Below, one piece after another: positions 1-8,781 of a stretch of 46,572 nt of DNA. Every line of letters begins with the position of its first letter. The first letter of the stretch is position 1. The notes below the pieces were generated by a model, which had not been told where the DNA came from, ran no database searches, and saw nothing but the letters and a program-made list of their open reading frames with translations. The position numbers were made by a program, and so were the translations under genes. Source of the stretch: Candidatus Saganbacteria bacterium (GTDB taxonomy: Bacteria; Margulisbacteria; WOR-1; O2-12-FULL-45-9; XYB2-FULL-48-7); contig JAFGHC010000037.1 of the NCBI GenBank assembly GCA_016939335.1, positions 1 through 46,572 on the forward strand, given 5' to 3'.

Positions 1-16
1 CATTTTAAATCCTCCT
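1..16 (-). promoter_or_regulatory. RBS (AGGAGG) and ATG of a gene running off the left edge
   Basis: Minus strand reads AGGAGG-ATTTAAA-ATG ending at position 1. Confidence 0.7.
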
Positions 17-74
17 GTATACATCAATAGGACAGAATCAGTTTACACTATCTATCCCATTTACACAGAAGAAT

Positions 75-323
75 TTACACTACCGATTCCGCTAGAGAGC
101 GTCGGCTATAGCCGAGGAATCTTATATATTCTTTGATCGAGCCGCTGTAAAATCCTTCCACGAAATTAGCCACCGACGAACTGGACGCTCGGTCCAACTG
201 GTCAATGATATTGTATTGATTCTTTGGCAGAAGAGGCAGAATCTTCTGTTGGATCATTATTTCCATTGCATCAAGGTTTCGCCAAACTATCATTTTCCTA
301 TGCCCATAATCATTCCCATCCAT
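75..323 (-). pseudogene. Four-helix-bundle (23S rRNA IVS protein / Avd-like) family protein, apparently C-terminally truncated
   Basis: Motifs GHRKMIVW, LP..QY..IDQLDRASSSSVANFVEG, EYIRFLGYSRRSLAE are typical; the ORF stops at 82 aa before the last helices. Confidence 0.75.
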
Positions 324-430
324 CCCATGCCCTCCCTTGCCATTTCTTGCCCTCTCCCTCGTTCCCGCCCTTTCTTGCCCTTATTTGCCCTCTTCCTCAT
401 TCCCGCCCTCATGTGCCCTTACTTGCCTTC
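300..430. repeat. Degenerate ~10-nt period repeat (TTGCCC-containing) with a 38-nt higher-order duplication
   Basis: ttgccctctccctcgttcccgccct (347) vs ttgccctcttcctcattcccgccct (385). Confidence 0.75.
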
Positions 431-505
431 TTTCAGCAATCTTATTGCCACCATGTCTACGAAGGGAATTAAGAGAAAAACGACGGAATTCCGTCACTGG
501 AGAAG

Positions 506-570
506 AAAAAAAGCCGCCGAAGGACGGGCAACAGTGGGCCTGTTAACCACTGCGCCCGCCCAGCGGCGGC
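506..570 (-). terminator. Long GC hairpin followed by a U-tract after the giant ORF
   Basis: gccgccg (513-519) pairs with cggcggc (564-570), with inner cgggc/gcccg and cagtgg/ccactg stems; A7 at 506-512. Confidence 0.65.
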
Positions 571-572
571 CT

Positions 573-3500
573 TTAAAGCTGGCTAAGTAATTTGAGCGCG
601 ACTTCTTCGATGTAAGCCGGGTTGTTCCAGTTGTCGGCGATATGACGGCGGCCGATCCGGTTGTAAAAGGCGACGTCTCCAGCCACTGATTTATAACCTT
701 TGACCAACGCTTTGAAGCGGTTCTTGAACTCATTTCTCGGTTCCTTGACCCCTCTGTCCAGATAGCCGGGCAGGATCACGTATTCCGCCAGCTTGTAAAC
801 TTCGCTGTCGATATCGACGGTATTGGCAAAAGCGAAAGCTTCCAGGTTCTCCAGGACGCCGAGGAGTTTGCGCTTGTCTTCGGCCGCGAAGTTCATCTGT
901 TTGATCAGCCCGATCAGTTCGTTGCATTCCGGCCGCAGTTTAGCCAGCTTTTGGCCAAGCTGAAAAGCCTGCCGCTTGTCCCAGCTGCTGTCGATCCGTT
1001 TTGCCTGCCATTCCCTGATCTCGTTATTCAGTCGGGTGATTTCTTCGGCCTTTTCTCCCGGAAGCAGCATTTTTTCGTAAGTCACAGAAGCCCGGCCATT
1101 AACCAGCATGGTGGCGGTCACGGTCCCTTGTTTATTGACCTTGTCGATCAGGGCCTGACGGGTGGCGATCTCCTGTGCGACCTTCCGGTTCCAGTCCGGT
1201 ACGCTGTTCAGGTCCTGCTCTTTAAGGGCAGGGATATATCCATCCCAGCCGATAATGGTCGTCTTGCGCTCAAGATAAGCGCGCTCTTCGTCGGGTTTTG
1301 ACGCTGCGTTCCAGAGCAGCGAGATCGCCGGGCCGCCGCCCAGGACATCCAGGAAGTAACCGGCGGCGCCGCCAAAAGCTTCCCAATTGGTGCCGTTGAG
1401 CTCGATGCCGATTTGCTTGATGATCGGATCAATGACCGCCTGATCGGCGCCGGCGGTAAGCCCGGAGGCGATCGCCAGATCGGCCACAAAGCGGTAAAGC
1501 GGGTGCTTGACGATCTTGCCGACCACGAGGTCGGTCGATTTCAGCGAGCCGATGAAGACGCCGAAGCCGGTGGCGACGCGGGCGACCGCTTCGGCTTTAT
1601 TGTCGCTGTGCGCGATATGATGGATGATCGCCACGGTCATCACGAAGCCGAGCGCTTTTTCGAAGACCTGGCAGCCATTGTAATATTTGGCGAACTTGGC
1701 CCGGTTCAGCGCTTTGGCGGAATTGATCTTGCCGTCCTTGACCAGCTTTTCATATTTGGCCCAGGCGGCGGCGGTCTTCGGGTTGAGCGGCTTGGGCTGG
1801 GCCGTGCCGACCTTCTCGCCGAAGACGTCGAGCAGCTTGTTAAAGCCGGCCTCAGCACTATGCGGGGCGGGAGCTGGAGCGGAAGAAATGATCGGCCGGG
1901 CCGGACCCTTGCCGCGGATGATTAGGTTTAGTATCTTTTGGACTTCCAGCAAGCGAGCCGAGCTTTGGCCGGCGGCATTGAAGATCCGGTGGACATCCGG
2001 GACACCCATATTCGGATTGAGATCGAAGATCTCGTAAGCCGCTTCGACCGCGTTTTTGCCGCCGCTGACCTGACCGAGGATGCTTACGGCGCCGTCTATC
2101 ACAGACGGCGTCGGAATAACCGGCGCAGCCGGCGGCGGCGTAACTGGTCTCGGCAGAAGCGTTGGTGAACTCGGCGTAGTCGGAGCTGGCGTCGGCTGAG
2201 GAGCCGGCTGAGGAGTCTTACCACGGATGAGCAAGTTCAGATTCCGTACGGTTTTCAGGACCTCAGGCAAATTCCCGTTTTCGTTGAGGAGACTGAGAGC
2301 ATGCTCAGAGGACATAGTAGGATTAAGCCTAAAGATGTCTTGAGCGGCTGTTAGCGGGTCCGCTGCTCCGCGCTTAACCTTATCGATGATCGCCTCGGCC
2401 GCTGACTGAGGAGCGGGAAGCGGTTGCGGAGCCGGAGTCAACTGTGGAGCCGACGCGTTGGTTGCCGGCGCCGGTGTGGGTGCAGTTGGTCGGATCATCC
2501 GAGGCGCCGGCGCCTCGGGAGCCGTGGCGATCGAAGCGCCACTTCTCAACGGCTTCGGCAACCTGACGTAAAACCGGCGAAAGACGCGAGTTGCGGCGCG
2601 CGCGTTAAATAATTTGGCCGGCAGGTTCCACACGCGGGTAGAACAGTAGGCCGCCTGGGTCTGGACGCTGTTCAGAAACTTATTAACGACAGCTTGACTG
2701 GCCCGGCTTGCCAGCTCCTGGGATAACTGTATTTTAGCGGCCTTTTTTGATCCCGGTAGAGCGTGGACCTCTTTCTTCCTGATGATCTTGGAGGCGAGAT
2801 TGACGGCGGCCTCGACCGGCTTTTCGAGTTGTAAAGCATCGGGGATGCTGGCTATCTTGCTGATCACGTTCTGGTGCTGGAGATAGAATGCCCTGACGAC
2901 CTGTGACGGTTTGATTTCGATGACCTCAACCCCTTCGCTGATCGAACCAAACCTGAGCTTGACCGGTTTATCGCCGCTTCTGGCCAGTTCAACCATTTTC
3001 TCCAGCAGGCTGGTGACCCGGGCGAGGTCCTGGTTTTGGAGAAGCTCGGCGCCGCCCAGCGTCACTCCTTCGACCGCCAGGTCTTCGGCATTCCAGATCA
3101 CATCGACCAAGTTGTTGCCGCGGCGGTAGGGGAGCAGATCCTTGACCCGGCTGGCCAGACCGCGCTTAGGAAGAGCGATCTCGGTGCCATCATCGGCAAA
3201 GACTTCAAAATTGACCCGTGTGCCCGCTTTGCCGTGCGCGGTGTATTTGTCAGCCATCAGCCGGGCGGGGAGCTTTCTCTGCTGTTGCTTGGTGGCTTTC
3301 TTTAAGGTCTTTTTAGGTTTTTCAGCGTTCTTTTTCGTTCTGCCCAGCAGATTGTTAACTTCCGTCTGGGCCTGTTGGACCTCGGCCCCTTTGGCCGCGA
3401 TCTCCCCTGCGGAAGCCTTTTGATTCATTAAGTCGTTCATTTCCGTAAGCCGCTGGCCAAGTTCCGCCATACTGGCCGGCAGTTTGGTCATAACAGCTTC

Positions 3501-6500
3501 CAGCCTGGCGATCCGCGCCCCGATAGCCTTATCGTATTTGCCGAGCGAGGTGTGCTCGGCTATCACGTAGCGGGCGCGCTTGATGCTTCTCCAGCTCATT
3601 TGCGTCAGGCGATGCAGCCCTCTGAAGGCAAACCAGGCGAACATCATCTGTATTGCGGCACTACCCTTGTTGCCCTGTTTGTATTTTTCGACCGCCGAGG
3701 CAATTAGTGCGGGCGGGAAAAGTTCGAAAGCTTTGAACATGGCCAGAGTGTTCATCTGCTGCCAGAAGAGTTCGACCGCGTCGCCATGCCGGCCTTCGGC
3801 CAGAGCTTTACCAATGCTCCGGAGGAAGCCGGCCTGCAAACCTATCATAATTTCCGGATGCATAAAGAGATGAAGGTGGATCAATTCGGTGACGGAATGG
3901 CTAAGGGCCGCGAACGCCCCTTCTTCGTGCCGGGCCCCATAAACGAAAAAGCCGGGCTGTTTGGGCGGGGCGATAAAGTTTTCAACGACCAGCGTGCGTC
4001 CGGATTTTAGTTCCTGCCGGTAACGCTGGAGGAAGCGGCTGGAAACGACTTTTGATTCGTCTTCGCCTTTGGCTCGGACGGTCATCATCGGCAGGAAGAC
4101 CCGGGAGAGAATATAGAGGGCCCGGCGGACCCGGTCAAAGCCGCCCGTCAGTCCGATCGTTTCAAAAGAGACACGCTCTCCCCGATAATCGGCCAGCAGG
4201 CGGGCGAACTGTTCCAGGCTGGCCATCCCTTTATCAATAGACTCTTTATCTTTACCCATTCGGAAGACATTAAATATGTCGTTCACCTGTTCCAGGATCG
4301 GTTTGCGGCTTTCTTCGGGAAGGTTCTGGACGGTCTCCAGCATCTTTTTGCCAAGGAAGTTGACCTGGGCGGCGGTATACACGTGATTGTGTTTTAATGT
4401 GGCCCCGGCGCCCGGCACGAACTGTTCGCTCTGGTAAAGGAAAATGTTCAGGGCGCGGTTCCACTTCCCGGGTTCCATCATGTCCTGCTGGAGGAAAATG
4501 CTGAACACCGTGTCAGCTTCCGGCAGGGGGAGGGCCTTTTTCGCGGCGCGGGAGACGGGATTGCTGTCGCTGACGGCATAATTGCTCAACGCTCTCATGA
4601 TCAGGAGCTTGGCCCAGGCGGCCTTCTCGTCAATAACGTCTTCAAACCCGAGGTTGAGCGAGAAAGAGAATTCGGGATGTTCGGCCAGATAGGCTCTCAT
4701 GAACTTCTCCGGTTCGGCTGTGGCTTCCTGGCCGATCTTGCTTTCCGGTTTTTCGTTCGGCTGCCCGAAGAAGGCGGCGGTCTTGGAACCGCGCAGGTAC
4801 GATCTGTAGGGGGAATCGAGCAGCGCCCGCACGAATTTATGGTCGATCTCATAGCTTTCCGGACCCACAATGGCCGGATAGGGAAGCCCCAGATCTTCCT
4901 TCATCAGCATAATATCCTGGCTGATGATCATCTGGAATTGTTTCTGCGCGCCGGAGAGCGGGATCTTGAAAGTGCTGCGGCCGACGCCGGAGAGCCGGTT
5001 CCAGACGGTTTTGTCTTTCAGTTCGAAAGAGCGGGCCAGCATATCGCCTTCTATCGGCTGGAATTTCCTCAACGAGAGCTGGTAAACGCCGTTAAGGAAT
5101 TGCAGGGCGTCGGAGATCACTTTGACCTCGGGATCACCGGCCGGCCGGCCAAACGCTTGGTGGTTGATCCCGGTCGGCGTAGCGACCTCTTTGTCCCCTA
5201 GAATAATGCCGCGGCCCTTCAAAACCTGCCCGGCGATGATCATGTATTGGAAGCGGTCGCCGTATTTCTGGACCAGGTGGCTGCCGAGCCGCATCAGGAA
5301 TTCGCCGGAAATGCCGGCGTGGATATCAAGAGGGATGTCGCCAGTGGATGTCCGCGGCAGTTCCCGCCAGAAGTCGTAATGGAGTTCGTCGCTCAGGTAG
5401 GCCAGGACCGCGACCGCCGGATGGTTGAGGACAATGCCGTAGAGCCCCTGTTCGGAATTTATTTTGGTCCGGCCGACCAGGGGAACGTCGTTAAGCAGGG
5501 ATTTGTCCCAGAGATCGGGGGGGGCCGGCGCTAAGGCCCCGGCGCCGAGTTTATCCTCTACATTCTGTTTCTGGTACTGGTTGCCGGCCAAGGCAAAGAT
5601 CGAGGCCTGCAGTAGCGCCGGCGTCAGGACGTAGGTTTCCGAGCTCGGCAAGGTCAACTGCGCCAGCATCGCCTTCAGGTCCTGATTGCTGAGCTTGGGC
5701 AGTTCGCTGAGGAGGAGTTTGACCCGGCTGGCGACCATGTAAAGGAACTGGCCGTTGACATCGGCGCCGAACAGCTTTCTGCCTTCTTTGATGAAGAACT
5801 TGGCCAGTTCGAGCCGGGCTTTGGCTTTATCAAGGTTTTCCTGGAACGACTGGAATTTCTTTTTCTGTTCCGATGCGCCGGCCGCGACCTTGCTGCGGTA
5901 TTCGGATATCCGTTCACTGGCTTCAATCGTCTGTTCCACGGAAGCGCCAAAGAGGTTCTCATCGGCGTCATCGGCGTTGCTGTTTGCCTCAGCCACCTGC
6001 TTCTTCAGGTTTTTCCGCGCTTTCTCCAGCTCTTTCTCGTTCTTTTCGACGTCTGCGTGGAATTTGCTGACGATCTCCTCGTCCTTGCGGCCGGCCTGCA
6101 GCAACTGGTAGGCCAGACTCAAGACATTCTGAATGTCCTCCTGTGAGAGGGTATTGATATCGGCGACCTTGCCGCTATTGACGCACAACGCGGCCAATTG
6201 CAGGGCAAGCTTCTCGATCTGCATGCTCTGGATATCCCCTTCCGAAACGAAGGTGAGCGAATTTTCGATCGCGCCGGTCAGTTTGCCTTTCTTGGTCAGT
6301 TTTTCATCCTGCTGTTCGGTCGTATAGGAAATTTCCCAGAAAGCGCGCAGGATATTTTGTTCCTTGTCGCTCAACTTGGCCAGTTCGCCGGAGCGGAAAT
6401 AATAGAAGTGCGGTTCCTTTTTGACCGGGTCATAGATGAAAACGATCTGGGCCTTCTCCTCTGTTGTCCGGTCAAAGAACTTCTTGATCTCCTCCGGCTT

Positions 6501-8747
6501 GAGCCCGGTCTTGCCGGCCAGCACCTGTAAGAGCGGGGCCAGGGAATTGCCGATCGTGCCGCCTGGCAGGTTGCCTTTGACCAGCGCTTCCGCGTCGGAC
6601 CGGTAATTGCCAGGCAAGGCCTCGGTCCGGAGCGAGATCAGGCGAACCAGGCCGTCGGAAAAATGCAGCTGACCGTCAATCTTACCGCGCAGGCGGGGCA
6701 GGGGGAGCGGGAAGTAATCGAGCGCGGCCGCCAGTTCGGTCCGCCGGTTTGACCAGAAAAGCTTGCCTTTTTCTTCAGCCAGTGCATCGAAGACGGTTTC
6801 CGCCGCCTTTTTTGCTTCTTCATCGCCTTCGCTCTCTTCCGGCAGGCGGTACTCGGCGATCTTCTTGCCGGCAAAATTGCTGAACTGGACCAGGTTGCCG
6901 AAATCGGACGTCGAACCGAATTGCAGAGTGATATATTCGGCGGGCAGGCCGGTGCGGAAGGGGGAGCGGGCGAATTCGAACAGGGCGGTAATGATGTCCG
7001 CCGGTTTGGTCTTGGCCGGGTCTTTCGGCTTGAGATGGAAAGCGTTCTGGCTCTCGTCCGAGAAAATGAGTTTTACGTCCTCGCGGTTGATAGTAAAAGT
7101 TGCGGAGCTTACCCGGAGCAAATTGTCTTTCCGGGCGGCCAGGGCTTTCTTGGTCAGCTCATCAATTTTCGGATTTGCTAGGTTCTGTTCGACGAGCTTG
7201 ACCAGTCCGGCGGACAGTTCCTTGAAGGCCTTTTCATTGACGAGCAGGTCGAGCACCAGCTGGCTGTCTTTCAGGTATTTTTCGTACTCTTTCATGTCCA
7301 GGCCCAGGTTGGCGAGCGTTGTGTAGAGATATGAAATATCTTCCTTCAGGTTCTTGACCGCGGCATGCAGGCGGACGGCGGCCTCCAGCAGGGCCTTGTC
7401 GTCTCCCGCCTCGCCCTTGCGCATCTCGGCAAAAGTAACCTGGGTCAGGGCCTCAAAGGGGGCCAGGGCCTGGCGGAAAGCCTTGATCTTGGCCTTGCCG
7501 GTGTTCTGGTAGACAGCTTTCATCCTGGGCGATTCGGCCGACGGGGCGATCAGCTGGTAGCCAAGCTTGGTCAGTTCGGCGCCGGCAGCAGCTTTACCTG
7601 AAGTGTTCAACTTCTGGATCAGGTCGAGTTCCTTCAGGCCGATGACTAGTTTGGAGCCGTTTTTAAACTCCACGGTTACCGCTTCGCCGGCCAAAGTGAC
7701 CTTGTCCAGCGCCTCGGCCGGTTTGCCGAGGAGAGTGGCCAAGTCCGCTTTCGCTGCCTGTACCGCCTTTGATTCGAGCGCGTCTTTCAGGTCGTTGTGG
7801 GCGGCGGAGGTATATTTATCATAAACAAAGATCTGGCCGCCTTTTTTAAGGGCCGGAGCTGAGTTCTCGGTCTTGGTCACCTGGAGCGAATCAAGATCGA
7901 TCCCCTGGTTTTCCAGGGTGCGGATACGCTTGGTGGCCTGGTCGTCCGGCGCGGTCGTTGTATAACCGAGGCGGGCCAACTCCTGCATTTGCCCCGCCAG
8001 CACGGCGATGTCCGCTTCGGCCGCTTTTTCCGCCCCCGTGGCGGCCGCGTCCTTGATGTCGGCCAGTTTGCGTTTCATACTGGCCAGGATCTTCACTTCG
8101 TCGACGTTAAGGCTGACGTTGGCGCCGCTCGCCAGTTTGGCCTCGATCTTGCCGGCGGCCGTTTTTTTCAATTCCACGACGTTTTGGCCGAAGAGTTTTG
8201 CCAACGAGGGTTTTGCGGCCTCGAACGCGCCCGCCTGCAGGGCATCGGCCAGATCATTCAGTTCCTCTTCGCTCATGCTGTTGATCGATAGGATCTGGCC
8301 GTCTTTCTTGATGGAAAGAAAGCGGTTGTCCGATACTTCCAGACGGAGGCGTCCGGTTTTAAAAGCGAGATAATCGGCCAGTATTTTGCGCAGTTTAGGA
8401 TTATTGGCGATAAGCTCGGCCAGCTCTTTGCCGGTCAGTTTATCGGCCTGTTCCCGGAAATCGGCGCTCTCGCCGAGCAGGAAGCGGGTCAGGCGGGTAA
8501 AGAAGTCGAGCTTCTTGCCAGTTAGAGCAGAGAAAGCCGGGGTAGGCAGTTTGCCGTTGATCGTTCCGATGTAGAGGGCAAGCTCGCCGCCGGCGACTTC
8601 GAACTCTGTAGTGATGTCCCGGAGGTCGTTTTCGAGCAGCGAGGCCAGATCGGGTTCAATATTCCCCCTGACGGGCGCCGGCGCGGGCTGGTTGGCCGCG
8701 TTCGCGTTGCTGAAACCAAGATAGTTATAATTATAAATTCCTGTCAT
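573..8747 (-). CDS. Giant hypothetical protein (2724 aa) with coiled coils, internal repeats, Pro-rich linkers and hydrophobic C-terminal segments
   Basis: Uninterrupted 8.2-kb ORF with host-like codon usage; no recognisable family. Confidence 0.9.
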   Translation of the reverse strand: MTGIYNYNYLGFSNANAANQPAPAPVRGNIEPDLASLLENDLRDITTEFEVAGGELALYIGTINGKLPTPAFSALTGKKLDFFTRLTRFLLGESADFREQADKLTGKELAELIANNPKLRKILADYLAFKTGRLRLEVSDNRFLSIKKDGQILSINSMSEEELNDLADALQAGAFEAAKPSLAKLFGQNVVELKKTAAGKIEAKLASGANVSLNVDEVKILASMKRKLADIKDAAATGAEKAAEADIAVLAGQMQELARLGYTTTAPDDQATKRIRTLENQGIDLDSLQVTKTENSAPALKKGGQIFVYDKYTSAAHNDLKDALESKAVQAAKADLATLLGKPAEALDKVTLAGEAVTVEFKNGSKLVIGLKELDLIQKLNTSGKAAAGAELTKLGYQLIAPSAESPRMKAVYQNTGKAKIKAFRQALAPFEALTQVTFAEMRKGEAGDDKALLEAAVRLHAAVKNLKEDISYLYTTLANLGLDMKEYEKYLKDSQLVLDLLVNEKAFKELSAGLVKLVEQNLANPKIDELTKKALAARKDNLLRVSSATFTINREDVKLIFSDESQNAFHLKPKDPAKTKPADIITALFEFARSPFRTGLPAEYITLQFGSTSDFGNLVQFSNFAGKKIAEYRLPEESEGDEEAKKAAETVFDALAEEKGKLFWSNRRTELAAALDYFPLPLPRLRGKIDGQLHFSDGLVRLISLRTEALPGNYRSDAEALVKGNLPGGTIGNSLAPLLQVLAGKTGLKPEEIKKFFDRTTEEKAQIVFIYDPVKKEPHFYYFRSGELAKLSDKEQNILRAFWEISYTTEQQDEKLTKKGKLTGAIENSLTFVSEGDIQSMQIEKLALQLAALCVNSGKVADINTLSQEDIQNVLSLAYQLLQAGRKDEEIVSKFHADVEKNEKELEKARKNLKKQVAEANSNADDADENLFGASVEQTIEASERISEYRSKVAAGASEQKKKFQSFQENLDKAKARLELAKFFIKEGRKLFGADVNGQFLYMVASRVKLLLSELPKLSNQDLKAMLAQLTLPSSETYVLTPALLQASIFALAGNQYQKQNVEDKLGAGALAPAPPDLWDKSLLNDVPLVGRTKINSEQGLYGIVLNHPAVAVLAYLSDELHYDFWRELPRTSTGDIPLDIHAGISGEFLMRLGSHLVQKYGDRFQYMIIAGQVLKGRGIILGDKEVATPTGINHQAFGRPAGDPEVKVISDALQFLNGVYQLSLRKFQPIEGDMLARSFELKDKTVWNRLSGVGRSTFKIPLSGAQKQFQMIISQDIMLMKEDLGLPYPAIVGPESYEIDHKFVRALLDSPYRSYLRGSKTAAFFGQPNEKPESKIGQEATAEPEKFMRAYLAEHPEFSFSLNLGFEDVIDEKAAWAKLLIMRALSNYAVSDSNPVSRAAKKALPLPEADTVFSIFLQQDMMEPGKWNRALNIFLYQSEQFVPGAGATLKHNHVYTAAQVNFLGKKMLETVQNLPEESRKPILEQVNDIFNVFRMGKDKESIDKGMASLEQFARLLADYRGERVSFETIGLTGGFDRVRRALYILSRVFLPMMTVRAKGEDESKVVSSRFLQRYRQELKSGRTLVVENFIAPPKQPGFFVYGARHEEGAFAALSHSVTELIHLHLFMHPEIMIGLQAGFLRSIGKALAEGRHGDAVELFWQQMNTLAMFKAFELFPPALIASAVEKYKQGNKGSAAIQMMFAWFAFRGLHRLTQMSWRSIKRARYVIAEHTSLGKYDKAIGARIARLEAVMTKLPASMAELGQRLTEMNDLMNQKASAGEIAAKGAEVQQAQTEVNNLLGRTKKNAEKPKKTLKKATKQQQRKLPARLMADKYTAHGKAGTRVNFEVFADDGTEIALPKRGLASRVKDLLPYRRGNNLVDVIWNAEDLAVEGVTLGGAELLQNQDLARVTSLLEKMVELARSGDKPVKLRFGSISEGVEVIEIKPSQVVRAFYLQHQNVISKIASIPDALQLEKPVEAAVNLASKIIRKKEVHALPGSKKAAKIQLSQELASRASQAVVNKFLNSVQTQAAYCSTRVWNLPAKLFNARAATRVFRRFYVRLPKPLRSGASIATAPEAPAPRMIRPTAPTPAPATNASAPQLTPAPQPLPAPQSAAEAIIDKVKRGAADPLTAAQDIFRLNPTMSSEHALSLLNENGNLPEVLKTVRNLNLLIRGKTPQPAPQPTPAPTTPSSPTLLPRPVTPPPAAPVIPTPSVIDGAVSILGQVSGGKNAVEAAYEIFDLNPNMGVPDVHRIFNAAGQSSARLLEVQKILNLIIRGKGPARPIISSAPAPAPHSAEAGFNKLLDVFGEKVGTAQPKPLNPKTAAAWAKYEKLVKDGKINSAKALNRAKFAKYYNGCQVFEKALGFVMTVAIIHHIAHSDNKAEAVARVATGFGVFIGSLKSTDLVVGKIVKHPLYRFVADLAIASGLTAGADQAVIDPIIKQIGIELNGTNWEAFGGAAGYFLDVLGGGPAISLLWNAASKPDEERAYLERKTTIIGWDGYIPALKEQDLNSVPDWNRKVAQEIATRQALIDKVNKQGTVTATMLVNGRASVTYEKMLLPGEKAEEITRLNNEIREWQAKRIDSSWDKRQAFQLGQKLAKLRPECNELIGLIKQMNFAAEDKRKLLGVLENLEAFAFANTVDIDSEVYKLAEYVILPGYLDRGVKEPRNEFKNRFKALVKGYKSVAGDVAFYNRIGRRHIADNWNNPAYIEEVALKLLSQL

Positions 8748-8781
8748 TGTTCAGTGCTCTTCTCGGGCGCTTTCGGGAGAA

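Noticed and set aside
75..430. Diversity-generating retroelement (Avd-like gene plus repeats)
   Set aside because: No reverse transcriptase in the window and no TR/VR pair with adenine-specific mismatches; sequence beyond the left edge cannot be assessed.
216..590. Pro/Leu-rich plus-strand ORFs
   Set aside because: They are translations of the low-complexity repeat and terminator, overlapping the four-helix-bundle gene.
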